Assembly: GCF_964194025.1 (NCBI RefSeq)
Contig: NC_134473.1
Location: 65,782,001 to 65,846,000 of the forward strand
Source of the DNA: Convolutriloba macropyga
Lineage: Eukaryota
Direction: 5' to 3'
DNA: 64,000 bases
Shown here in pieces: positions 35,350 through 47,179 of this stretch (positions within the stretch are counted from its first letter, which is position 1; the number at the start of each line of letters is the position of its first letter). The notes under the pieces were generated by a model. That model ran no database searches and had not been told where the DNA came from. It saw only the letters and a list, made by a program, of their open reading frames with translations. The position numbers were made by a program, and so were the translations under genes.

Positions 35350-38345
35350 CAACTCTTAAAGTAAATCTAGAAATCTAATTCATTGTAAATATGCGACATA
35401 AATCATTTGAGTTTGGATTTGCATTCAAGTGTATGCTAGCCATGAGCTTTAGCACTGTCTATGTGCGGTCGGGCGACTAGATCCTTTCGGTTCTGAAGTC
35501 GTCGTCATCGCTGAGCTGTGAGCACTCTGTGAACCCGCTTCTCCCACTGCTGGAATGTCCTGGTTGATCTCTTAAGACACCTCACAATGTGTCCGGCTTG
35601 TCAATTATTGCATTACTTCTGAGACATGGTAGTATTTGGGCCTTGGCTTGTAAGGGGTCGTTCAAGGTTGTTGTCACTGCATATGATGCAGTCTATCATC
35701 CATGCCTCTTCATCTGTCCACGGCATGTTGAGACCGACTTCCTGGTGCCTGTCTTGTTTGGACAGCCGGCGCTGATAGGGTGCCTTGGCCCCGCTTCTCC
35801 AAGATCACCTTTGCAAGGTCACACAATAGTTGTGTCTTCTGATCCTATCGCCCCAGCTTCTAGGACACACTTAGAGAATGTGTCCCAGCGTCTCCTTTCT
35901 ACCACAAGCATCCCATAAAGATTCTTTTCCGCTGTACCACCTCTGCATCTTGGCCTTTGTTGTTTTCAGGTTGCCTCTGATTTCTATGATGATTCTTGAT
36001 TTTGTTGAAGGCGGACCCTGTCATGAGCAGTGTCGCGTTGGTCAAGACTGCATTACCCCCACACTTTCGCACTGTGTTGAGACCAGCTCCATCAACTGTT
36101 GATTGCAAGGTGCCCCTGTTCTAACTCAGTTCTTTGATGCTGTGTGGAGTTACAATGTCCATGGTAGGCCTTGCTTCTTCCATGCCTTGAGGCTCTTGAT
36201 GAACCCTGTCTGATTGAGGGTAATGACTGCTGAGTCTTCGTCTCTCATAAATCTGGTGAGCCTTGCCTCCTGCATCAGTGGAACCCTCCTCTGCAACTCA
36301 GGTTTGTCCAGTCCTGCTTCGTCAAAATCAGCCTGAAACATCACCTTGGGCGTGCCTTTTGGTCACCTTATAAATTGTCTCAGTCTTCCTGATGACTCAC
36401 CGGCAAGGTGAGTCATCAGTCTCATGATGTCTAAACCGGCAAGTTTCTGCTTGATTGTTGTCTTCGTGAGGACTATCTGATAGCTAGCACTTGGGGATGC
36501 AGTACGTCTACAGGATTCAGGTCCGCTGATGTGTCTTTAGAGGAGCTCTCCTATAATTGTCCAGCTTTTCTCCAGCTTTTTATGCAGTTTGTCGTTGTTA
36601 CCCTTGGCCCTGTCTCGAAGCCCAAGTACTTATATAAGGACTCTGCTGTCAACGTGGGGAGGCCTCCTGCCCTGCTGCTGAACAGTGCTCTGAATTGTCA
36701 CTCTCTGTCTGTCCTTTGGCACTGTGCCCACAGTGTTGCACACTTCTTAGCATTGAGAGCGCGGCAACATTTTTCGAGCAGCTTCCAGTCTGTTGAATGA
36801 ATCCTGGAGCCCTGTCTGTTCCTTCGCTAGCTGGATGTTGTCGGCGTAGGCGAGGTAATTCAGGTTCTGTGGCCAATTCGATTCCAGTCGTCTGGGGTAA
36901 TGTCTTCAACACACTTTCAATCGCCAGGTTGAACAGGATATTAGCGATGGATCACCAGTCTGGGTCCCTTGGATTCGTGTTTCCCAGTTAATCTCCGATA
37001 TTTTGCCGTGTCTCATATAGCCCCTCTTAATATATCTGAGGATCTTTTGGTCCCTATGGGCTGCTTGTGCTAGGGTCCTGTGGGTCACACTACCAAAGGC
37101 CTCAGGTCTTCGAATGCCAGTTTGCGGCCCTATCTTTGTTTTTTGCCTCACTGATGATGTCCTGTGGCAGTAGAGAATTTATTGCTGTCCCGTTTACCCT
37201 CTTAAAATTCTTGTGTCTGATGTTGTCTTCTAGGTCTTCAAGTCCTGCGCAGCCAAACACTTGTGAAACACGCTGGTCGCTACACTCGCAGCCAGGAGCC
37301 ACTCGGTTAGATGTTCGTCTAATAGCCAAAGATTGAAATGGGAGACCGGCTTCGTCAAAGGGATGCCTGCAGTTGTCCTCCTGATCACCCTGTCTGGTCC
37401 ACTGGCTGTCTGTCCCATGGTCTGCACACTTCTGATCAGTTCTTCGATGGTGATTGGAGTGATCCACCCCTGGCATCTAATGGTGACCAATCGATCATGT
37501 CTATCTCGAGGAGCTGTTGCCATGCATCAAGCAACCCCGTCTTGTTGATGGTGTTAATCTCTCCAAACTTCTCCCAAGACCATGCTAAGACAGAAGCTGC
37601 TGTTTTTCCCTATTTCGTCTGTAGAGCTGCAGTGTTGAATACCGCTGTTGTCTCAGACCCCTCTTTGATCGTCAAGGTTGCTTACGAGCTGTCTGTCCGG
37701 CACCCGTCTTCCCTGGTTCTGGAGCGAGGGTTTTAAGCCACATCTGTCCGTCACTCTCAACATATTGCGTGAGTTCGTCGTTTGTCATATTGCAATGAAA
37801 GTCCAGTCTGTCCTCCGAAGTGTCCTGCACCGCAAATTGAGCGAAACCAGTTGGGTACTTTTGCTTGGCCACTAACGGGTTTCTGACGGGGATCCCTGCC
37901 CTCATGCGCAACCTTTGATGAGCCAGGCTGCGATGTCTGTCTTGTGGCTTTTTGACTTTTTCTGCTTCAAACCAAGCTCACTCCCGACCCGACACTGTCT
38001 TGTTGAGAACATCGTCGTCTCCAGTTGAGGCCAGACTTTTCTTCTGATTTAGGGTTGTGTTTGTTTGGAGTACTGTACCGGAGTACAGACTTTTTTTACC
38101 CAGCTTTTGGCAATTTTTTAAGGTGGTCAGCGCACACCAGACTGCCTTTGATTTGATATGGCTCCAAAACCCTGTTTTTTGGTGGTTTGCTTTCCGCGAA
38201 AGTTTGTTTCATTGTTTTCCTGGTCCGCGGTTTGGTGAGTGGTTTTGTAACCACTGGGCAAGTTTCTAAGTTTTGTCCATTCCGGATATTATTGATGGTG
38301 TGCTTGGATCAGCTGCTGGTGGCGGTTTCCAGTCGGACCCCGAGG
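35350..38345 (-). mobile_element. Decayed R2-like (RLE) retrotransposon, copy b
   Basis: TASGPD, ILFNLAIE, LNYLAYADNI, DEAGLDKPELQ, STVDGAGL, DACGRKETLGHIL...IRRH. Collinear with copy a. Confidence 0.85.
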
Positions 38346-38373
38346 ATATTATACAGTCAATTTTGACCCAGAA

Positions 38374-38460
38374 GAGAGTTATGACTGTCAGGGAAAGATG
38401 ACTCTAGGAGAGTCATAGTAACTGCCGTCTGTCTGCTCCGAGAGTCATAGTTACTCCCGC
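38374..38460 (-). other. Cassette of three short 28S R2-target-like sequences upstream of R2 copy b
   Basis: 38440-38460 is the exact reverse complement of GCGGGAGTAACTATGACTCTC. A second degenerate copy at ~38405-38428 and an inverted copy at ~38374-38392. Confidence 0.85.
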
Positions 38461-39079
38461 TGAGCTTCTGAATGGGGATTGGCTAGAGTCAGGTAAGGCA
38501 TTACGAGGTCTCATTCACATTGTTCCATCGCATGTTAAGATGGAGAACACTGCATAAGCTATAACTGACACCACAAATGCATTTGAACGAGGAATCCGTT
38601 GCCGCGGTTGGAATCTCTTGGATTCTTCCTTCGCCTCTGACTTTCTTGATGTCTCTGCGCTCAATCCTGCTGATGGTCTTTGGGGTGCTTTTGTCTTATT
38701 TCCACAGGCTCTCACTTGGTTTCTCAGTGCTGCCCTTCGTCAGTGCTGCCACTTTACTCGAGCTGTGTGGATAAGTCAGCACCTGGCTCCTGAAAGATCC
38801 AATGTTTTCAGACCGCGAAGTTGTTTCCCATCTAGCCATCCTTTATTGCTTTGCTTGTCAACTGAGTTTGCTTATTGATCTTGTCGATTGAGGATCAGAT
38901 CGCATCTCTCGGACGATTACGACTTCTAGTCCTTTTCAGCATGATCTAGATAAAGGCGGTGTGCCTATTTTCGTGCTCCTTGCAGTTTGAGCTTCTGGGT
39001 CATGGTTGGCTAGAGTCGGGTAACGATTTACGAGTACCCATTCACATACTCCATTTTTTTGCAAACACTGTATTCACGC

Positions 39080-42000
39080 TCTATATAAAGCTAGACATCA
39101 ATACATAATAAAGTATATCTAAGATATGACCTCATACGGAGAGTCCTTAGTGAGTGGGTTGGCATACGAGGGCATGCGAGCCGTGAGTTTGTGAGCACTG
39201 TCATTGTGTGGTCGGGTGACTAGATCCTTGCGGTTCTCTAGTCATCGGTGAGTTGTGACCACTTCCTGAAAACGCTTCTCTTCCACTGCTGGAATGTCCT
39301 GGCTGATACCGCAAGACATCTCACGATGAGCAGTTGGAGGTGACTCTTCTTCAGGCGCAGGTTCCAGAGTATTGTCACGTCTTAGGTGCCATTGCCCCAC
39401 GCCAGCTCATGATCAGGGCGCCAAATGTCACACTTCTAGCCTTTGTCATGCACATCACGTCTTGCACAACTTCTGGGACATGGCAGTAGTTAGCCTTTGC
39501 TTGGTACTGATCATGTTGTCACTGCAGATGATGCTGTCTATCACCCAGGCCTGTTTGTCTTTCCACACCACTAGGTCCGGCTTCCCGATGCCCTGCCTTG
39601 TCTTGATCACTGGTTCGGCAAGTGAGCTGTAGCCCTGCTTCTCCTGTAGTCCCTTAGCTAGGTCCACGCACATGTCGTGTCTCCTGATGCTCTCGCCCCA
39701 GCTTCTGGGACACACTTGGAGGATGTGGGCCAGCGTCTCACGTCTGCCGCAAGCATCACAAGAGGGGTCCTGTCCTCTCTGCCACCATCTTCGCCTTGGT
39801 TCTCTCTCCTCTCTCTCCTAGGCGTTCGCCGTTCATTCGGCATGCCCTCCAGTCGCGCTCGAACATTTCCTCACATGACGGGCAAAGTTTGATGCTGACT
39901 TGTACTCGTTACAGTATTCGCACCATTTCGGTGGCTTGATAACTGTTTTGGTTGTTCTGGGAGTCCTTGGGTTGCATTTTTTAATGTGATTCTGGTAGTT
40001 GCTGAGCATCTTGAAAATTGAGTCACATTTTCCGCAATAGAACACCGTCTTCGTCTGCTCGTGGATCCTCTTTACGTGGCATTTTAGCCCTGCTGCAGTC
40101 TTGCATACTAGTCCACATTCGTCGCATTCTAGGCTTGGGGTTGGTGGTTTTTCATTCCTTTCCCTCTTTTCCGCGAATCTGAACTTGTTTGCTGTTTTGC
40201 TTTCCCAGTCCTCCAAGTGCTGCATTCGTTTCCTGACCATAGCTTTCCATTGTTTCCTGTCCTGTGCCCACTTGTGTGCTTGTCTCCAGTCAATGCCAGC
40301 TTCTGTTAACAGTTTCCTCCAGTAAAAAAGCGTCTTCCTTTTCCTGGGGTTTTAGGAAGTCCTTCGAGGCTTCCCAGCCATCCCATGACAAATTTTCACA
40401 GGACGTTCGTCTGACATTCGGAGGATATGACCAATTCTCTCAAGAGTCCTTTTCTCGATCTTCCATCTTAAACTCTTGACCCCGAGAATATTCCTCACGT
40501 CTTGCATGTTCTTTCCTTCTGCTTCCATTTGTATGAGCGGTGGTGCCTTGTTGTTGCTCCACACTGAGCGGTAACATTTGTCGATCCAACTCTGTAACAT
40601 TTTGATCTCTCCAATGTACTAGGGTCTTGCTGCACAATCGAAGAGTAGGCCACTCTCAACGCAAGTTTCCACAATCTGTGCCTGCTTGGTTTTTGGAAGC
40701 TTGGACTTCTTTAGTTGGTTCCGACACCGCGCCCGCAGTGTTCCAGCACGTTTTTTGCGGCACTTTATATCTTCTTTTGGTCCGAGCCAGCGACCCAGCA
40801 TTCTGATTCCATTTGCCTCTTCGCTGGAAAAGACCACCCGCTCCTCCTTGTCTTCGTTGTTTCGCTCTTCAAACTTGTTCATGACGTCCTTCACTATGTT
40901 CAGACCATCTTCGAGTTCCCTTTTCTGTCCAATGATGGTTGTGTCGTCCGCGAACAAGGAAGAGCAGACATTTCTTGTTTCCGTTTCACTGTTGGCTTTT
41001 TCCACTCTGTCCGGGTGAGGGATTGATGGCGATGGTATCCACTTCCACTCCACACCTGTCGTTTCGTACTCTTCATCACTGTGTTCTTTTCTCTATCTCT
41101 GCGATCCGCATGACTACCTGATGGAATATATTGAAGAGGCAAGGAGAGGTAGAGCAGCCTTCTCGAAGCCCTCTCTCTGGTGTCCATTCGTCGCTTTCGC
41201 CCTCCATTCCCTTGACACGGTATTTCGTAGCCTCATGCAAATCCATCAAGGAGTTCAAGAAACTCCCATCCATTCCGTATCTTCGCAACATTTCCCACAA
41301 GGCCGGTTTATTCACTCTCGGGTAGGCCTTTCTTAGGTCGAGAAGCGTAGCAGTGGGGTCGGTGCTCTCTTCTATTGGCAGGTTCTGTTGCTCTCGTCTC
41401 TTCCGTAGGTCATCTGCGTCTTCCTTCATACGAATGATCACTTGGGTGGCGTCTGTTGTTGATCTGCCCGGCCGGAAACCGCTCTGATTTTCGTCTAACA
41501 GCCCTAATTTTTCAGACCACTGCCTGAGTCGTTTGGACAAAACTTTAGCCAAGATTCTGCTGCCCATGGCAAGAAGACAGACACCTCTGTAGTTGTTAGT
41601 GTCGTTTCTGTCCCCCTTCTTGTGTAGTGGAACTATTTGGCCCACTTTCAATGCTTCATTCCAGGTGGGGGCTCTCTTCTCAAAGCTTTCTGTAACGATT
41701 CTCACTACGTGGTTCTTGGTGGATTGTGAGCTCAGTTTGATATACTTTATTCTGACATTGTCCGCGCCCGGGGCTGAATCCTTCATATCTTTCATGCATT
41801 CTTCAATTTCGTGGGGAGAGGGAGTCTCGTTCAGCTTCTTGTCAGCTTCAACATGCCGTGGATCGTTCCGCCAGTCTCCCATTTTCCTCACCCAGGTCAT
41901 CAGCTCTTCAGGCATGTTCTCGTATCTCTGACTCGATACTTGTTGGAAGTGCGTCTTGAATTCGTCGGTTGTGATTGTGGTGCCCGAATTGGGTTTCGAA

Positions 42001-45000
42001 TCCCTCCCGCCAAGTTGCCTCAGGAGGCGGAACATGCTGCCCATATCTCCTTTTTCGTTTGCATCTCGACATTCGTTAAGGATATTGTCCCACCACGCTC
42101 GTTCCAAGTCCGTCAAGCAGTTTTTCATGTTTCTTCGCGCCACCTTGAGCTGGTCCTTAGCCCACTTGCTGTTCCTTCCCACTTCAGTGTCTTCATTTCT
42201 GCATCTCACTGCTTCAGCAATCTTTTCATGAAGTGATTCAAGCTCCTCTTCATGACCTCTTGTCCAAGGGTTGGCAACATGACGCTTCTTGATTCCACAT
42301 ATCTCTCTGACTGCTTTTTCCATTATCTCCGAGATATCTTTCCAGCTGCAGTCCTCGCTCAGGGTCGTACTGAGGACCTCGGTTCTTTCCAAGAATTCTA
42401 GTGCCTTCTGTTGGACATTTAGAGCTTCCCAGTTTAAGTTTGGTTTCCTCTGTGTCCTGGCAAGGCGGTTGTTTTTAGATGTTGTTCTGATGGTTAGAGT
42501 TATTGGTTGATGATCGGACAGTGCGTTGTCATCCGTAACTTTCATACTCTTGCAGAGTTTGTGTCTTTCGTCCTTCCTCATTACAAAACCATCTAACTCG
42601 TACCATCTCTTATGGCTTTCGTTGAACCACGTCCCCCTCTTTTTGATGTTAAAAAAGGAGTTAACCCATTGCATCTCATTCGTTTTGAACCAGTCTATGA
42701 GGTCTTCCCCTGCAATTGTCGATGGAGTGGTTAGGCCATACTTTCCATTGGCTGGGCCCCGCTCCTCTCTTCCTATATGTGCGTTGTGGTCTCCGCCAAT
42801 AACCAAGGCTAGTGACATCGGGGTTCTCGCCAGTTCGCTTTCTAGGAAGTGACGGTACTGGTCAATATTTTCCGGACCATTGCTCCATAAGGGTTGATAC
42901 ACAGACACGAAGCGTATTTTCTCTAGGGTTATAGATGTTACTCTGTCTCCAAAGTTCTTCTTCTGTCCAAAGTTCTTCTTGTATCCACTGGTTGATTCGC
43001 CTTGGTTGTCATCAAGTTGCCTCTGATCTTCGTCACTGCGATGAAGGTGGACCCTGTCAGGAGCAGTGTGCCTTTGGTCAAGATCCCATGACCCCCACAT
43101 TGTCGCATTGTCTTGAGTCCAGCCCCATTCACTGTGGTGTAGAGTCGGTCTCCCTGTCTGACTCTGAGCTCTGCTATGATGTGAGGGGTTACACTGTCAA
43201 TGCCTTGCTGCTTCTATGCTCTCCAGCAGTTTCTTGAAGAAACCTGATTGTGTGAGCTACCACTGCTGGGTCATCATCTCTCAAGAGTCTTGTTAACCTA
43301 GCCTCCTGCATCAGAAGAACCCTCTTCTGTAGTTCAGGTATGTCCAGTCCTCCGTCATCAACGTCAGCGTGGAAGATCTCCTTGAATGTGTCCTTGGGCC
43401 ATCTCATGAACTGCCTCACAGTCCCCTGATGACCCTGTCTAAGCCACCCAGTACTTGCTTCGTTGTCTTCGTGAGGACTATCTGGTGGTAGAGACTAGGG
43501 ATGCAGTACGTCTGCAGTATCCCGATTCGTTGCTGTGGCTTCAGGGGGGCTCTCCTCAGATCATCTAGCTTCCTCTCCAGCTTCTTGATGAAGTTTGTCT
43601 TAGTGCCATGTGACCATGTTTGAATGCTCAAGAACTTGTAGAAGGACTCGGCTGTCATCGTAGTGAGACCTCCTGCCCTGCTTCCGAACATTGTGCTAGG
43701 GTTTATCACTATTTGTCGGTCCCTTGGCACTGTGTCTAGAGTTGAACACTTCTTTGCATTGAGAGAGAGAGGCCACATCTTTCTTGCTCTGTCTCCAGTC
43801 TGCTGATTAAGTCCCGGAGCCCTGTCTGTCTTTGCTAATAGCACAACGTCGTCGGCAAAGGCGAGGTGATTCATCTTCTCTGTGCCCATCTGGATTCCAG
43901 TCCTCTGGGGTAGTGTCTTCAGCACCCTCTTCATCGCAAGGTTGAAGAGGATTGGGGAGATGGGATTCCCCTGTCTGACTTGGAGATCAACATTGGAGAT
44001 TGACGGGTCAAGACGTCTGGTGAAGCCCTCCAAAGGGGTCACCCTTTGGAGGGCTTCACCAGACGTCTTGACCCGTCAATCTCCCACGTTGTGCCCTGTC
44101 TCTTGTATTCCTTCATGATGTATCAGGATGTATCACGTATTGGGATGTATCACTATGCTTGCTTCTAGTGCTTCTTCTGCCTGGGCCTTGTGGGTCACAC
44201 TGTCTAAGGCCTTCTTCACATAGGCCAGTTTGAATCCCTGTGTGTGTGTCTTTGCCTCACTAATGATGTCCTGCAACAGAAGAGAGTAGATTGCTGTTCC
44301 GTCTTCCCTCTTGAAGCCCTTCTGTCTGATGTTGTCATCGATGTCCTTAAGTCATGCAGCCAAACACTTGTGGAACACCCAGGACAGTACACTTGCCACT
44401 GTGATGGTCTGAAGTCCATTGGTTCCTGAGACCCTTACACCTTGGGATGAACACTGTCCTTACAGTCAGGAGCCACTCGGGTAGATGTTCAGCCAATAGC
44501 TAGAGATTGAAGTGGGGAACCATCTTCTTGAAGGGGATGCCAGTCATCGTCTTCCTGCTCACCCTGTCAGGTCCAGTGGCTGTCTGTCCCATGGTCCGCA
44601 CACTCTTGATCACTTCGATGGTGATTGGAGTGACCATCACTGACCGCTGATTGTGCTCAGATCGATTGTCTCTGCCACAGTCTCGAGGAGCTGCTGCCAT
44701 GCATCTAGGAACACTGTCCTGTCTGTGATGGGGTTCTCCAATGACCCATCCATGACTGATGGAGCTGCCTTTGCCCTGTCTCGTTTGTAGAGAGCCTGTA
44801 GTCTTGCATACTGAAGTCGTCTTGTGTCCTTCTTGGAACGTCTGGGTTGTTTACGAGCCCCTGGTCCACCACTCTTCTTCTCTGGTTCTTGAGAAAGGGT
44901 TTGTAGCCACATATGTCCCTCCCTCTCGACGTACTGGGTGAGATCGTCATGCATCATATTTTGCCATTCATCTGGACGATGCCAGCATCTCTACATCAAT

Positions 45001-45566
45001 GAATGTCTCAAGACAGTGCCTTGGCCTGTAATTTTGCTCAGTGGTCTCGACCCTGTCTTTTGCCTGCATCAGTGCCACAAACTGCTGATTTTTTTTCCAA
45101 GCCTTTGAACAACTCTGCGGACCGATGGGGAAACAGTCTGGCCAGTTGCTCATTCTGTTGCTTCTGGGATGCAGGATTTAGGCCCATCATCGCTTCTTTG
45201 ACCAGAGCCATCTCCTCGAGTGTCCACCTTGCTTTGAATCTCCTTGTCTTCTGGGCCTGCATCTGATGGTAGTCATCTGGGTGCCTGTTTCTTGTGTGTA
45301 CTGAGAGACCAGTCTGTCCTTTGAAGGGTCCAGCTCCTCAGATTGAGCAGCACCAGTTGGGGGCTATTGCTTGGCCACTTACTGGTTCCTGGAAGGGATC
45401 CCCGCCTGCATGTCTACCCTGTGATGCGATGCGCCCATATGTGATGCCCCTGTCTTGTGACTTCTGGTCTTGTGCTGCTTCAGGCCTAGCTCACTCCTTA
45501 ACGGACCCTGTCAGCAGATGTCACAGGTCCACATCGAGGCCACTTCTCCACAACTAAAGAAGCAGC
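39080..45566 (-). mobile_element. R2-like (RLE) retrotransposon, copy a, 5'-truncated and interrupted by an RTE-like LINE
   Basis: N-terminal C2H2 fingers (WTCDIC...GLKQHKTRSH; GLSVHTRNRHP) and Myb (KARWTLEEMALV). RT motifs VRQGNPISPILFN, HLAFADD, APLKPQQR. CCHC CDACGRRETLAHILQVC...IRRHD and RLE KPDLVVWKDKQAWVID. Confidence 0.92.
39802..42995 (-). mobile_element. 5'-truncated RTE-like APE-RT LINE nested in R2 copy a
   Basis: 12-bp TSD ttcgccttggtt at 39790-39801 and 42996-43007; GA-rich 3' tail. APE motifs GGDHNAHIG and SDHQPI; RT motifs NYRGVCLL, QSGFRPGRST, GLREGCSTSP, LFADDT; C-terminal zinc fingers. Confidence 0.92.
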
Positions 45567-45567
45567 A

Positions 45568-45649
45568 TTATGAGAGTCAGAGTTACTCCCGTCGTTTACC
45601 TGCGTTTATTTTAATATCTTCTCTTTGACTTTCAGAGCGCTGGGTAGAA
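45568..45649 (-). other. Degenerate 28S rDNA fragment ending at the canonical R2 insertion site
   Basis: Minus strand ttctacccagcgctctgaaagtcaaagagaagatattaaaataaacgcaggtaaacgacgggagtaactctgactctcataa versus 28S TTCTGCCCAGTGCTCTGAATGTCAAAGTGAAGAAATTCAATGAAGCGCGGGTAAACGGCGGGAGTAACTATGACTCTCTTAAGG. Confidence 0.9.
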
Positions 45650-45830
45650 GTAGCAGAGTCGCCATACGGCAAGAATGCGATTAAGAATTAGCACCAGTCC
45701 CTGGGACGTGAAAATTTATGCTCACTAACTCCGGATAAACTGGTTATCCAAAATTTTTGACAGGGTTGAGAGGTACAAATTTTTAAGGTTGAGAGGTTTT
45801 TGAGCAATTTTTTGAGCCACATTTTGAGTT

Positions 45831-46145
45831 TTTTGCTCGAACGAAGTTTGAGGCAATTATTGTAAAAATGTGTTTTACAATAATGATTTTTCTGAGTGAT
45901 TTCATTTACGAGTATTCAGAAATGAAGTCTGTTACTAAAATAAAACCGATTTTGTGTCGACGGTGTATAGCCCATATATTGAAGTGCTGATTTTCCTCGA
46001 CTCTGAGCGCAGAGGTCGCGGGCGCGAACCCTTCATTAGTCAGAACTTGCACCATAAACTATTCTCTAGCCTATGCCCCATTCTAAATTGGTTGCCTCGC
46101 CAGTCGTTCGAGAGCAATTCGTCCGACGTTAATTGGTTTATGTTT
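45831..46145 (+). mobile_element. HINE/Helentron-like non-autonomous element, family B
   Basis: 5' ttgctcgaacga; 3' tcgttcgagagcaatt, then a ccgac... hairpin and tttatgttt. Confidence 0.6.
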
Positions 46146-46259
46146 AATATCTATATGGCAGTCAGGTCATGTCTCTAGTTTTGGCTATTTCGATTTTTTA
46201 TAAAAAACTTTCTGAAACTTTTATTTTACTATATAAAACAGAATAAATAATTGTTACAG

Positions 46260-46425
46260 AGTCCGTATTCAGTTGTGAACTGTCAGTGGCTACTGCTCCA
46301 GTTAGTACCGCAAACAAATGGTTGACATCTGCAGTTGGAAATACAGCAGCAATAGGCGAAGTTGATGCGGGATCCATTCAACATCAGTCATATTTCACAC
46401 TGTACAAAAATATCATCAGGTCAAG
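46260..46425 (+). CDS. Exon of coiled-coil host gene
   Basis: ttacag| acceptor and AG|gttagt donor. Phase-1 start joins 14951 to give ELY-K-SVFSCELSVATAP...QSYFTLYKNIIRS. Confidence 0.65.
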
Positions 46426-47128
46426 GTTAGTATAGCTTTTTTGCGCGATGATAATGTGAAAAACAACCGGTTCAATTAGTTTTGTTTACATGAAAGGTTT
46501 GATTTTGCTATTTTATCGAATTGAAAAACGGCTGATATATTTTAAGAGGTGTAATTTTATGACATCACAGTAATTGTTAAAAACTGTTTAATTGCTTTCG
46601 AAAAAATTGAAACAATTATTGTAAAGGCGCGTTTTTAATGCAAAATTTTCGCTCGACCGTTTTCTTCTAGAACATTCTTTTTGAGTGACTGTTTCACGCT
46701 TGACTTGATTTTTTGAGTTACATGAATTGCGCACATTCAGAAATTAACGTTGTTCAAAATTAAATCCGATTGTGAAGCCCGTGTATAGTACTGGTTAATG
46801 ACGCCCCATTAAAACTACCCTAAATGTTATCCGAGGGGTCGCGTGTTCGAACGACACCCTAGTCAGAAGTTTTTGCACCATAAAAGTTTATCGCCCGCCA
46901 GTCGTTCTAGAGCAATTCTTGTGATGTTAGTCGGTTTATGTTCATTTTTTTTTAGTTTAAAAAATACTCTGTTAGAAAGTTTTGTTGGATTTTGGTTTAT
47001 ACTTTTTTAAAGTAACGTAAAAGGAATAACTGTAGATTAAATGTTTACACATTCATAAATGCAATAGAATTTAGTTGATCCCAACTTTGCAACGATGCTG
47101 GGTTTAAATTTAGTTTTGTATCGTTTAG

Positions 47129-47179
47129 AGACGAGAAATCCGAATCACTGGAGTCTTACATTGGATCTCTTCAGGACAG
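47129..47179 (+). CDS. Exon of coiled-coil host gene
   Basis: tttag| acceptor and AG|gtatga donor; 51 nt, phase 2-2; RDEKSESLESYIGSLQD. Confidence 0.7.

Noticed and set aside
45568-45649. Functional 28S rRNA gene
   Set aside because: Only ~82 bp, degenerate, with no flanking rDNA.
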